From: Candidatus Eiseniibacteriota bacterium
Lineage (GTDB): Bacteria > Eisenbacteria > RBG-16-71-46
Reading direction: 5' to 3'
Length of the DNA: 20,985 bases
Assembly (NCBI GenBank): GCA_031366795.1
Contig: JANLOX010000471.1
Location: 1-20,985 of the forward strand
The notes under the pieces are model-generated. The model did not search any database. It was not told the origin of the DNA and worked only from the letters and a program-made list of their open reading frames with translations. Both the position numbers and the translations under genes were made by a program. Positions 8,142 through 15,261 of this stretch are shown piece by piece (within the stretch, counting starts at the first letter, position 1; every line of letters starts with the position of its first letter).

Positions 8142-9410
8142 TTGAATCTCGATTGGCAGCGGCTTAAGGCGGTGGTGATCGAGAGTGATGACTGGGGGCT
8201 CTGCGCCTGGTCTGCCGACGAGCACGCGCTGCGAGTACTCGCCGACACGCCCGCGTTCCGCACGCCCGCGGGCGGCCGCTATGGCGGCTCGACGCTCGAG
8301 AGCGCCGAGGACGTGCGGCGGTTGGGCGCCACGCTGGCGGAATTCCGCGGCGGCGATGGCTTCGCTCCCGTGCTGCAGGCCAACACCGTGACAGCGGCGC
8401 CGCGCTATGAATTGTTGCGCCCTCCGCTGTTCGAGGTCACCCAGTTGCCGCTGGCGCGTCCGGTCGAGGCATCGTCACGCTGGAATCGCCCCGGGCTCGA
8501 TGCCGCGGTCGATGCCTGCGCCGCCGAGGGCCTGTGGTGGCCCGAGCTCCACGGTCTGCATCATCTTCCCGAGCACGCGTGGCTCACCGCGCTGCGACGG
8601 GGTGCTGCCGATGCGCGGCGCGCGCATGAGCAGCACAGTCCCGTGTGCGCCGCCGTCGAGGCGAGTGGGGAGTACGCCGCAAGCGAGCCGCGCGAATTGC
8701 GCGCCCGCAATATCGCACTGGCGTGCGAGCGATTCGTCGAGCGGTTCGGCCGCCCCCCTTCGTCAATGTGCCCCCCCGACTACCGCTGGGATGAGGACCT
8801 CGAGACCGATCTCGAGGTCCTCGGGCTGACCACGCTGCAGGGCATCGGGGAGCAGGCCGGGCACCGCTTCGCCCGGATGCGGCGTATCACTTTGCGACAT
8901 CACTGGCCACACCGGCGGGGCGAGCGCTTCTACTTGCCGCCGCGCATCGCGTTCGAGCCGAGCGCGTGGGAGGCGGGCGATCCGAGTCGCGCCATCGAGT
9001 CCGTCAGGCGCCGGGTACGGCAGGCGTGGGGCCTTGGCCAGCCGGCGATCCTCAGCACGCACCGCCTCAACTACGCCCAGCTCTCGCCGGATCGCGCAAC
9101 CGCAGGGCGCACCGCCCTGCGCGAGTTGCTGAGCCGCATGGTGCAGGACGGCGCGGTATTCCTGACGGATAGCGAGGTGCGCCAGCTCGCCGACCGCGGT
9201 TGGTCGGTGCGCGGGACGGGCACTTCGGGCGCGATCCTGCGTTACTACGGAGTGCCGGGCGAGCCGGTTCGATTCGCGGCTCCGCCCCACGCGGCGAGCG
9301 CCCGGATTCGCGAGGGGCGGAGCAGCGGTGAACCCGAATTGCGCATCGAGCAGGGCCAGGTCGTCGCGCGATTGAACGTGGGCGAGTACCGCGTGGAGTG
9401 GTGCGCGTAG
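8142..9410 (+). CDS. polysaccharide deacetylase-like (NodB/CE4-type barrel) protein
   Basis: AVVIESDDWG, PELHGLHH, FGRPPSSMCPPDYRW and AILSTHRLNY match the DD / HxxxH / PP / H pattern of this fold. TTG at 8142 has AGGAGG at 8128-8133. Confidence 0.7.
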   Translation: MNLDWQRLKAVVIESDDWGLCAWSADEHALRVLADTPAFRTPAGGRYGGSTLESAEDVRRLGATLAEFRGGDGFAPVLQANTVTAAPRYELLRPPLFEVTQLPLARPVEASSRWNRPGLDAAVDACAAEGLWWPELHGLHHLPEHAWLTALRRGAADARRAHEQHSPVCAAVEASGEYAASEPRELRARNIALACERFVERFGRPPSSMCPPDYRWDEDLETDLEVLGLTTLQGIGEQAGHRFARMRRITLRHHWPHRRGERFYLPPRIAFEPSAWEAGDPSRAIESVRRRVRQAWGLGQPAILSTHRLNYAQLSPDRATAGRTALRELLSRMVQDGAVFLTDSEVRQLADRGWSVRGTGTSGAILRYYGVPGEPVRFAAPPHAASARIREGRSSGEPELRIEQGQVVARLNVGEYRVEWCA

Positions 9411-9613
9411 CGCGATACGATTGGTGCAGCGCCGCCCGCGATCGTCAGCGCATCCGCAGTGCATCCTATGGATTTCTCCCAAAGCTGCCGATACCACTTG
9501 GTGCGGCACTTCCGAGAGAGAGGACATCTATCCGCATCCCTGAACTTCAATCCCCGGGTCACTACCAACGAGCTGATTCCCCGCGTTGCCCATGCGGTAC
9601 GGTCATTTGCTGG

Positions 9614-10954
9614 GTGTTCGCGCTCGCTGTGGTGGCCCCTGCGGCGCTCCCCGCCGCCCCGCTGGCGCACCCGTCCTTCCCGACCACCGACGGTATCGTG
9701 TGGGCCCTTGCAGTCTCGGGAAACACTTTGTATGTCGGCGGTGGGTTCACCCACGTCGGCGGTCTGCCGCGCAATAGGATTGCCGCGATCGATCTGACAA
9801 CCGAGCAGGTCACTGCCTGGAACCCGAACGCCAACTCTGAGGTGAAAGCGATTCAGCCCCGGGACGGGATCGTTTACATCTCCGGCTACTTCCGGCAGCT
9901 CGGTGGACAGGCGAACTACGGGGTCGCTGCGGTCGACTCGTCGACCGGCGCAATGCTGCCGTGGAAAATTCCCTATCCTGACGTAGGCGAGAATTTTTCG
10001 CTCGCTGTGACCTCGGACGCCGTCTTTGTCGGGAGCGGCATCTTCGGTACCCAGCTGAAGGCTTACTCGCGGACCAACGGGGACAGTATCCTGTGGTCGA
10101 AGTACCTCGGTACATCTGGCAAAGTTGAAGCAATGGCCTTGGTCGGGGGCCACCTGTTCGTGGCGGGGAGGCTGGACAGTATTGACAAGACCGGCTTCCA
10201 CGGCGGGCTGGTCATGCTCGACCCGAAAACAGGCGCTCTGCAACAAAGCTATTCGGACTACGTGTATACCCACGTGGGGCACTCGCACTGCCTTGCCGTC
10301 GGTAATGGCAGGCTATTCATCGGAGGCTACGTGGGGGTGACGGCAATCGATACCATGACTGACGACGTCATTCCGTGGTACGCCGATGTGCCTGCCGACG
10401 GCGTGTTCGCCATGGCGACAGCACCGAGCCGTGTTTACCTCGGCGGCGCCTTCGCCACCGTGAATGGCTCGACGCGCCACAACCTCGCCGCGATTGGCTC
10501 CTACGATGCGTGGGTGAAGGACTGGGCGCCAAGCGCAGACGGTATCGTCTTAGCTCTTGTCACCGCCCACGGCACCATCTACGCAGGTGGCGCTTTCACA
10601 TCGGTTGACGGCCAGCCCCACGCGAACCCGGCGGCGATTGACGATCCACCATATCGGGTAGACGCCCCCGTTGAAGGATCGGCCGCGGCGAATCTTATCC
10701 TGAGGGCGCCAGTACCCAATCCTTTTCGCTCTTCGTCCGAGATTCGCCTCGACCTGCCACGCGAGGGCACCATTTCGCTCGACTTGGTCGACCTGGCGGG
10801 GCGTTCAGTGCGACGGGTCCTACCGAACCAGTCAATGCCCGCAGGTAGGCACGAGTTGACGCTAACGCGCTACGGCCTTGCCGCGGGACTTTACTGGCTA
10901 CGCCTATCGTTCGAGGGTCGCTCCATGGCCCAAAGAGTCGTGTTGCTTCCCTGA
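9614..10954 (+). CDS. secreted beta-propeller repeat protein with C-terminal FlgD-Ig/T9SS-like domain
   Basis: Repeats of V(W/L)AL....LYVGGxFT.V.G..R..(I/L)AAID. C-terminal PNPFRSSSEIRLDL...DLAGRSVR...LAAGLYWLRL. The start is uncertain (ORF is open from 9398; GTG 9614 precedes the hydrophobic signal-like segment). Confidence 0.8.
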   Translation: MFALAVVAPAALPAAPLAHPSFPTTDGIVWALAVSGNTLYVGGGFTHVGGLPRNRIAAIDLTTEQVTAWNPNANSEVKAIQPRDGIVYISGYFRQLGGQANYGVAAVDSSTGAMLPWKIPYPDVGENFSLAVTSDAVFVGSGIFGTQLKAYSRTNGDSILWSKYLGTSGKVEAMALVGGHLFVAGRLDSIDKTGFHGGLVMLDPKTGALQQSYSDYVYTHVGHSHCLAVGNGRLFIGGYVGVTAIDTMTDDVIPWYADVPADGVFAMATAPSRVYLGGAFATVNGSTRHNLAAIGSYDAWVKDWAPSADGIVLALVTAHGTIYAGGAFTSVDGQPHANPAAIDDPPYRVDAPVEGSAAANLILRAPVPNPFRSSSEIRLDLPREGTISLDLVDLAGRSVRRVLPNQSMPAGRHELTLTRYGLAAGLYWLRLSFEGRSMAQRVVLLP

Positions 10955-10955
10955 T
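10950..10955 (+). repeat. left copy of 6-bp target-site duplication CCTGAT
   Basis: Directly precedes the left IR and is identical to 13264-13269. It contains the TGA stop codon of the upstream gene. Confidence 0.9.
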
Positions 10956-10990
10956 TGTAGGCGGCCAGCAAGACCCGCGTGATTCTGACG
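10956..10990 (+). repeat. left terminal inverted repeat (IRL)
   Basis: TGTAGGCGGCCAGCAAGACCCGCGTGATTCTGACG versus the reverse complement of IRR, TGTAGACGGCGATGTAAAGCCGCGTGATTCTGACG. The inner 16 bp are identical. Confidence 0.9.
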
Positions 10991-11065
10991 GTGCGCGGCC
11001 GGTCTGGCGAGCCGCGGCGGCCTAAGCGAGACTGCGGGCTCAGCTGCGAACGTCCTCAAAGGACG

Positions 11066-11178
11066 AGGGCCCCCGGTGGGGTACACCCGGAGCCCTCTGG
11101 TCGACTTTCAGCTGCGAGCGCCGACGTGAGCCTAGTCTTGGCCGGCGGTCCGCAGCGGTCAACGACCCGCGTTCGCAC
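11066..11178 (+). repeat. 113-bp structured direct repeat, copy 1
   Basis: 110/113 identical to 12773-12885 by manual alignment; folds into two hairpins. Confidence 0.95.
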
Positions 11179-11265
11179 CCATGCCAGCGTCGACGTCGTC
11201 GTGACGAACATAAGCGGGGCACGGGTTATGAAGCGGTCGGGGCAAGCACGGACTGCCCACATGCG

Positions 11266-12744
11266 TCACTCGAGGCGAATAACCTTGGTTTGCCTCACTC
11301 CCTCCTGCGCATGGAGCTTGATGAAGTAGATCCCGGGCGGAGCGATTTCGCCACCATCGCTTCGTCCGTTCCAGTGCACCGCGTGAAGCCCTGCGGTCTG
11401 ACGACCCGAAACGAGCGCCCGAACCAATGTGCCCCGGACGTCGTATACGTGCACGTCGACGTTCTGCATGGCGGAAAGATTGAAAGCGACCTCGGAGCTG
11501 CCGCGCATCGGATTGGGCGTGACGCGCAGCGCGCCCAGCGCGAGTGGCGCCGTGCTTGGCGAAACGCCGGCCGGTGGTCTGTACGAAGTATTGAGCAGCA
11601 CGGACACGCTATTAGAGGTATTGTTCGACGCCGCCACGTCGGGCTGACCGTCGCCGTTGAGGTCGGCGATTGCCACGCAGTAAGTAATACTCGCGGTCGC
11701 GAAGTCGCTCGTCGGGCCGAATGTCCCGTCGCCGTTGCCCAGGAGCACCGCGACCTTAGCTTCTCCTCCACCGGACCCGTCGCTGTTGAAGTCCGCCACC
11801 GCAAGGTCGGGCTGGCCGTCGCCGTTGAGGTCCGCAAACGCTACCCACCTGGGACAGACTCCGGTCGCGAAATCGGTCTTCGGGCCGAACGTCCCATCGC
11901 CGTTGCCCAGCAACACCGAGACCCCACGGCTTCCGCAGTTCGCCGACACCAGGTCGGGCTTGCTGTCGCCATTGAAGTCGGCGGTTGCCACCGAGTAGGG
12001 AGTATTCCCGGTCGCGAAATCGGTCTTCGGGCCGAACGTTCCGTTGCCGTTGCCCAGCAACACCGAGACCGCATTGGAGCCGTCGTTCGCTACTGCCAGG
12101 TCGGGCTTGCCGTCGCCATTGAAGTCCGCGATCGCGACCGAACTCGGGAAGTGCCCGGTGGCGAACTCGGTCGTCGGGCCGAATGTCCCGTCGCCGTTGC
12201 CCAGCAACACCGAGACTGCATCGGAGCCGTCGTCCGCCACTGCCAGGTCGGGCTTGCCGTCGGCGTTGAGGTCCGCAATAGCCACCGATCTAGCATGAAT
12301 CCCGGTCGCGAAATCCGTCTTAGGACCGAATGTTCCGTTGCCGTTCCCCAGCAACACCGAAACCGTACTGGAGCTAAGGTTCGCCACTGCCAGGTCGGGC
12401 TTGCTGTCACCGTCTAGGTCCGCGATCGCCACGGACCAAGGATTGACCCCAGTCGCGAAGTCGGTCTTCGGGGCGAACGTCCCGTTGCCGTTGCCCAGCA
12501 ACACCGAGACCATATGGTTGCTGTTGATCGTCACCGCAAGGTCGGGTTTGCCATCGCCGTTGAGATCCGCGATCGCCACCGAGATTGGGTAGTTCCCGGT
12601 CGCGAAATCGGTCTTGGCACCGAAACTGACGGGAGGCACGGCGCCCGCAGTGGCGGGAAGGAAGCTCGCCAATACAAGGCACATCGCAAACCACAGGATA
12701 CATGGACGCATGAGTACCGAGAATGAGATCGAGGGCAGGTGCAC
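11266..12744 (-). CDS. secreted FG-GAP/VCBS-repeat 7-bladed beta-propeller protein with C-terminal FlgD-Ig/T9SS-like domain (passenger gene)
   Basis: Signal peptide (...CLVLASFLPATAGA), seven ~49-aa repeats with DxNGDGKPD Ca-binding motifs, and PNPMRG...YDVRG.LVR.L...WNGRSD.G....PGIYFIKL. Start is ATG 12759, GTG 12744 (GGAGG SD upstream) or ATG 12711. Confidence 0.92.
   Translation of the reverse strand: MHLPSISFSVLMRPCILWFAMCLVLASFLPATAGAVPPVSFGAKTDFATGNYPISVAIADLNGDGKPDLAVTINSNHMVSVLLGNGNGTFAPKTDFATGVNPWSVAIADLDGDSKPDLAVANLSSSTVSVLLGNGNGTFGPKTDFATGIHARSVAIADLNADGKPDLAVADDGSDAVSVLLGNGDGTFGPTTEFATGHFPSSVAIADFNGDGKPDLAVANDGSNAVSVLLGNGNGTFGPKTDFATGNTPYSVATADFNGDSKPDLVSANCGSRGVSVLLGNGDGTFGPKTDFATGVCPRWVAFADLNGDGQPDLAVADFNSDGSGGGEAKVAVLLGNGDGTFGPTSDFATASITYCVAIADLNGDGQPDVAASNNTSNSVSVLLNTSYRPPAGVSPSTAPLALGALRVTPNPMRGSSEVAFNLSAMQNVDVHVYDVRGTLVRALVSGRQTAGLHAVHWNGRSDGGEIAPPGIYFIKLHAQEGVRQTKVIRLE
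11590..12624 (-). repeat. seven tandem ~147-bp intragenic repeats (FG-GAP blades)
   Basis: Recurring nucleotide blocks such as CCGTTGCCCAGCAACACCGAGAC and AGGTCGGGCTTGC at ~147-bp spacing. Confidence 0.9.
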
Positions 12745-12772
12745 GGAGGTCCTCCACATTGCTAGCCATTCA

Positions 12773-12885
12773 AGGGCCCCCGGTGGGGCACACCCGGAGC
12801 CCTCTGGTCGACTTTCAGCTGCGAGCGCCGACGTGAGCCAAGTCTAGGCCGGCGGTCCGCAGCGGTCAACGACCCGCGTTCGCAC
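12773..12885 (+). repeat. 113-bp structured direct repeat, copy 2
   Basis: Three substitutions relative to copy 1; lies between the passenger gene start and the IS remnant ORF. Confidence 0.95.
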
Positions 12886-12898
12886 AGGGGCGAGCGCA

Positions 12899-12970
12899 TT
12901 GGATCAAAGCCTTCGGCAGGGCCGATGCGGGCGATGCGGCGTGATATTCCATGTCTGCAGGCGCTGCGAC
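12899..12970 (+). pseudogene. 5' fragment of a Cys-rich (CxxC...CxxC) IS accessory ORF, fused to the istB remnant
   Basis: TTG-started MDQSLRQGRCGRCGVIFHVCRRCD. From recollection (not searched), it resembles small Zn-binding ORFs upstream of istA in some IS21 elements. Confidence 0.55.
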
Positions 12971-13200
12971 GAGCTGGGCTACCTGCCCGCGGATGCCAGA
13001 GGCGGCGACCTCCTCTACAACATCATCAGCCGCCGCCATCAACAACGCCCACCATCATCACCACCAACCTCGGGTTCAAGCAGTGGGCCACCATCTTCCC
13101 CGGTGCCGCCTGCGTCGTCGCACTCGTCGACCGCTTCACCGAGTCCTGCCACGTCCTCGACATCGACGCCGACTCCTGGCGCCAGAAGTTGAACAAGTGA
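12968..13200 (+). pseudogene. istB: IS21-family helper ATPase IstB, 3' remnant with frameshift
   Basis: DELGYLPADARGGDLLYNIISRRHQQR / TIITTNLGFKQWATIFPGAACVVALVDRFTESCHVLDIDADSWRQ covers Walker B DELGY, sensor TTN, DR and SWR. One base is missing at about 13049-13050; Walker A is absent. Confidence 0.92.
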
Positions 13201-13228
13201 CCGGCCGCAACCTACGCGGAACGGAGTG

Positions 13229-13263
13229 CGTCAGAATCACGCGGCTTTACATCGCCGTCTACA
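13229..13263 (-). repeat. right terminal inverted repeat (IRR)
   Basis: CGTCAGAATCACGCGGCTTTACATCGCCGTCTACA, ending in CA, 28 nt after the istB stop. Confidence 0.9.
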
Positions 13264-13269
13264 CCTGAT
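13264..13269 (+). repeat. right copy of target-site duplication CCTGAT
   Basis: Identical to 10950-10955. Confidence 0.9.
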
Positions 13270-13445
13270 CAACAAGTGTGCCTGAATACGGTTCGGCCGC
13301 TCGCATCGCTTCACGATGCTCCACCCAACGCGATCGCCGCGACAGGCCAACCCGCCGGGGCGACCACGTCTGTGGTGCAGCGATGTCCGTTCGGGAGCCA
13401 CGCGTCCATCTCCCGAATTCCAGTGTCCGGGACTCAGTAAATCGC

Positions 13446-13829
13446 TCAGCGCGCGGGCAGGTCCTGCGATTCCGAGATGACGCCGCCGCCTTGGCGAATC
13501 GTCAGGATGTGGCGCGCGACGATCGGTCCCTTCGTCACGAGCCCGCCGGTCCAGTGTCCCACCATCGTGTTGGTCTCGAACTCCCAGTTCAGGTCGAAGT
13601 TGGAGTCGGATTGGACGGAGAAGGGGAACGTAACGGACTGGTCCTTCGGCAGCTCTTCCTTGACGTAGGTGTGTTCGCCGACGATCAGGCGTACGCGCAC
13701 GAGGTTCTCTCCTGTGCCGTTGTGGATGACCGCCTCATGGCGCGGCTCGGGATGCAGCAGAGCCTTGTAATGATGCCAGCCGTACCACGCGGAAACGGCG
13801 AACAGCACGAACACGATCAACTTCTTCAT
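13446..13829 (-). CDS. small hypothetical protein with N-terminal membrane anchor and beta-rich domain
   Basis: ATG at 13829 (MKKLIVFVLFAVSAWYGW) with AGGAGG at 13835-13840. Confidence 0.8.
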   Translation of the reverse strand: MKKLIVFVLFAVSAWYGWHHYKALLHPEPRHEAVIHNGTGENLVRVRLIVGEHTYVKEELPKDQSVTFPFSVQSDSNFDLNWEFETNTMVGHWTGGLVTKGPIVARHILTIRQGGGVISESQDLPAR

Positions 13830-13896
13830 CTGATCCTCCTTGATCCGCTCGAGCGACAAAGGCGCCCGTGCGCTCGCCCTTCATGAATACTCCGGG

Positions 13897-15195
13897 CTAC
13901 AGCGGCTCCTCCGCAATGCTGGGCAGTCCCGCCGGTGGATCGGGGTCGACGTGAGGTTCCTGGCTGCCCCGGAACGATGCATAGAAGTATAGCGCCGCGG
14001 CGGCGTACAGCGATGCGGTCGCGTAAAACGGCACGGCATAGCCGAAACGCTGGATCACCGCACCCGCCAGGGTGGCGCTGAGCGCCCAGCCGACGTTCCA
14101 CAGCAGGCTCATCAGCCCAGTGGCGGTCGAGCGCATGTCCGCGGGCAGCGTTTCCATCACGAACGTGCTGATCAGCGGCGTGATCGCCTGCATCAGCGTG
14201 GCGCGCATCCAGAACGCGCCGACCGCCACGTCGAGGCGGTGTTCCGCGCCCATGGTGACGAGGAACGGCAGCGACAGCAGCTGCCCGGTGAGGGCAGTGC
14301 GTAACTTGCCGAACCGCCGCGCGATCACGGGCGCCAGCAGGGCGGCGGACGCCGTCAACACCTGCGCGACCGAGAAGAACGAGCCGATCTGCGCGCTCGA
14401 ACACGAGAAGCGCTGGGCGAAATAGAGGTTCATGAACGGGATCACCAGCCCGGCGCCGGCTCCGATCAGCAGCGCGTTGACCCCGATCGGTATGAGCTTG
14501 CGCCGCAACTCGGGTGTGATCGTCGGGCGCGGCGCATGACGCACGGCTCGCGGCTCGCGCTCCAGCCCTAAGAAGGCGAGCGCGCCGCTCAGCGAAACCA
14601 GCGCCCCGAGCACGAGTGCGGCGCGATAGGCGCCGTGCAGCCCGCCGGGGAATCCGCCGGGCAGGCTAAGCAGCAGCCGTGGCAGCCAGCCGCCGAGGAG
14701 GCTGCCGATCACGCCGGCCAGCAGGGACAGGGCGAACAGCGTGCTGAACAGGTGAGTGCGCTCACGCGGCGTCGAGTGGGTGGCGAGGAACGGGGCGGAG
14801 GGAATCAGGATCAACGACTGGCCCGCGCCGGTAAACACGCACATTGAATAGACGAGCCAGGGCACGGGCCAGATGCAACGCAGCAGTTGGCCGATCCCGT
14901 CGATGGCGATGCCCAGCATGAGCGTGCGGCCGCCGCCCATGCGCCGCGCGATCCAGCCCGCGGGCAGCGCCGTCGCGGCTACCCCTAAGCCGAACAGCGC
15001 GATGGCGTGGCCCACCGATTGGGGACCGAAGCCCGACTCGATCAGGTACAGGTTGAACAACACCTGCGAGATGCCGTAGCCGCTGAAGAGCAGGAACTGG
15101 GCGAGCAGCAGTCGCCGGGCCGGGGGCGAGAACTGACCGATGGCATCGCGGTACTCGGCGAGGGTGCGGCGGAAGGGGCTCACGCGGCGCATCAT
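13897..15195 (-). CDS. MFS transporter
   Basis: About 12 TM segments; motif-A-like GWIARRMGGGR and VIARRFGKLR; LFNLYL and FMNLYF in equivalent halves. Start could be a few codons later. Confidence 0.92.
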   Translation of the reverse strand: MMRRVSPFRRTLAEYRDAIGQFSPPARRLLLAQFLLFSGYGISQVLFNLYLIESGFGPQSVGHAIALFGLGVAATALPAGWIARRMGGGRTLMLGIAIDGIGQLLRCIWPVPWLVYSMCVFTGAGQSLILIPSAPFLATHSTPRERTHLFSTLFALSLLAGVIGSLLGGWLPRLLLSLPGGFPGGLHGAYRAALVLGALVSLSGALAFLGLEREPRAVRHAPRPTITPELRRKLIPIGVNALLIGAGAGLVIPFMNLYFAQRFSCSSAQIGSFFSVAQVLTASAALLAPVIARRFGKLRTALTGQLLSLPFLVTMGAEHRLDVAVGAFWMRATLMQAITPLISTFVMETLPADMRSTATGLMSLLWNVGWALSATLAGAVIQRFGYAVPFYATASLYAAAALYFYASFRGSQEPHVDPDPPAGLPSIAEEPL

Positions 15196-15201
15196 AGCGA
15201 A

Positions 15202-15227
15202 CGGCGGCCCGATGAGCCGGGCCGCCG
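15202..15227 (-). terminator. GC hairpin between XRE regulator and MFS gene
   Basis: CGGCGGCCCG-ATGAGC-CGGGCCGCCG, a perfect 10-bp stem with only a short T run after it on the minus strand. Confidence 0.5.
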
Positions 15228-15261
15228 CGCGTTGAGGGCAAGCAAATTTGTGACGAACGCC

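Larger units (their letters stand above)
10956..13263 (+). mobile_element. non-autonomous IS21-derived element carrying a passenger gene
   Basis: TG...CA termini, 35-bp imperfect terminal IRs (28/35 by manual alignment), 6-bp TSD, istB 3' remnant next to the right end, no istA. Confidence 0.9.

Noticed and set aside
11170..11178. Minus-strand GTGCG at the repeat boundary as a group II intron 5' end
   Set aside because: No domain V/VI sequence or intron-encoded RT visible; a 5-mer match is uninformative.
11590..12624. Diversity-generating retroelement acting on the FG-GAP repeats
   Set aside because: No reverse transcriptase or non-coding template repeat in the window, and no single repeat differs from the others only at adenines.
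11045..12885. 113-bp repeats as integron attC sites
   Set aside because: The GCGAAC...GTTCGC pair does not fit RYYYAAC/GTTRRRY, copy 2 lacks one arm, the repeat boundaries are not at a GTT, and there is no integrase in the window.
11066..12885. CRISPR array
   Set aside because: Only two repeats, 113 bp long and 1.6 kb apart, with no cas genes. The ~147-bp periodic repeats are coding FG-GAP blades.
9422..13382. 10-bp direct repeat TGGTGCAGCG (9422-9431, 13373-13382) as att sites of a larger island
   Set aside because: Too short to be significant in GC-rich DNA; no integrase or tRNA nearby.
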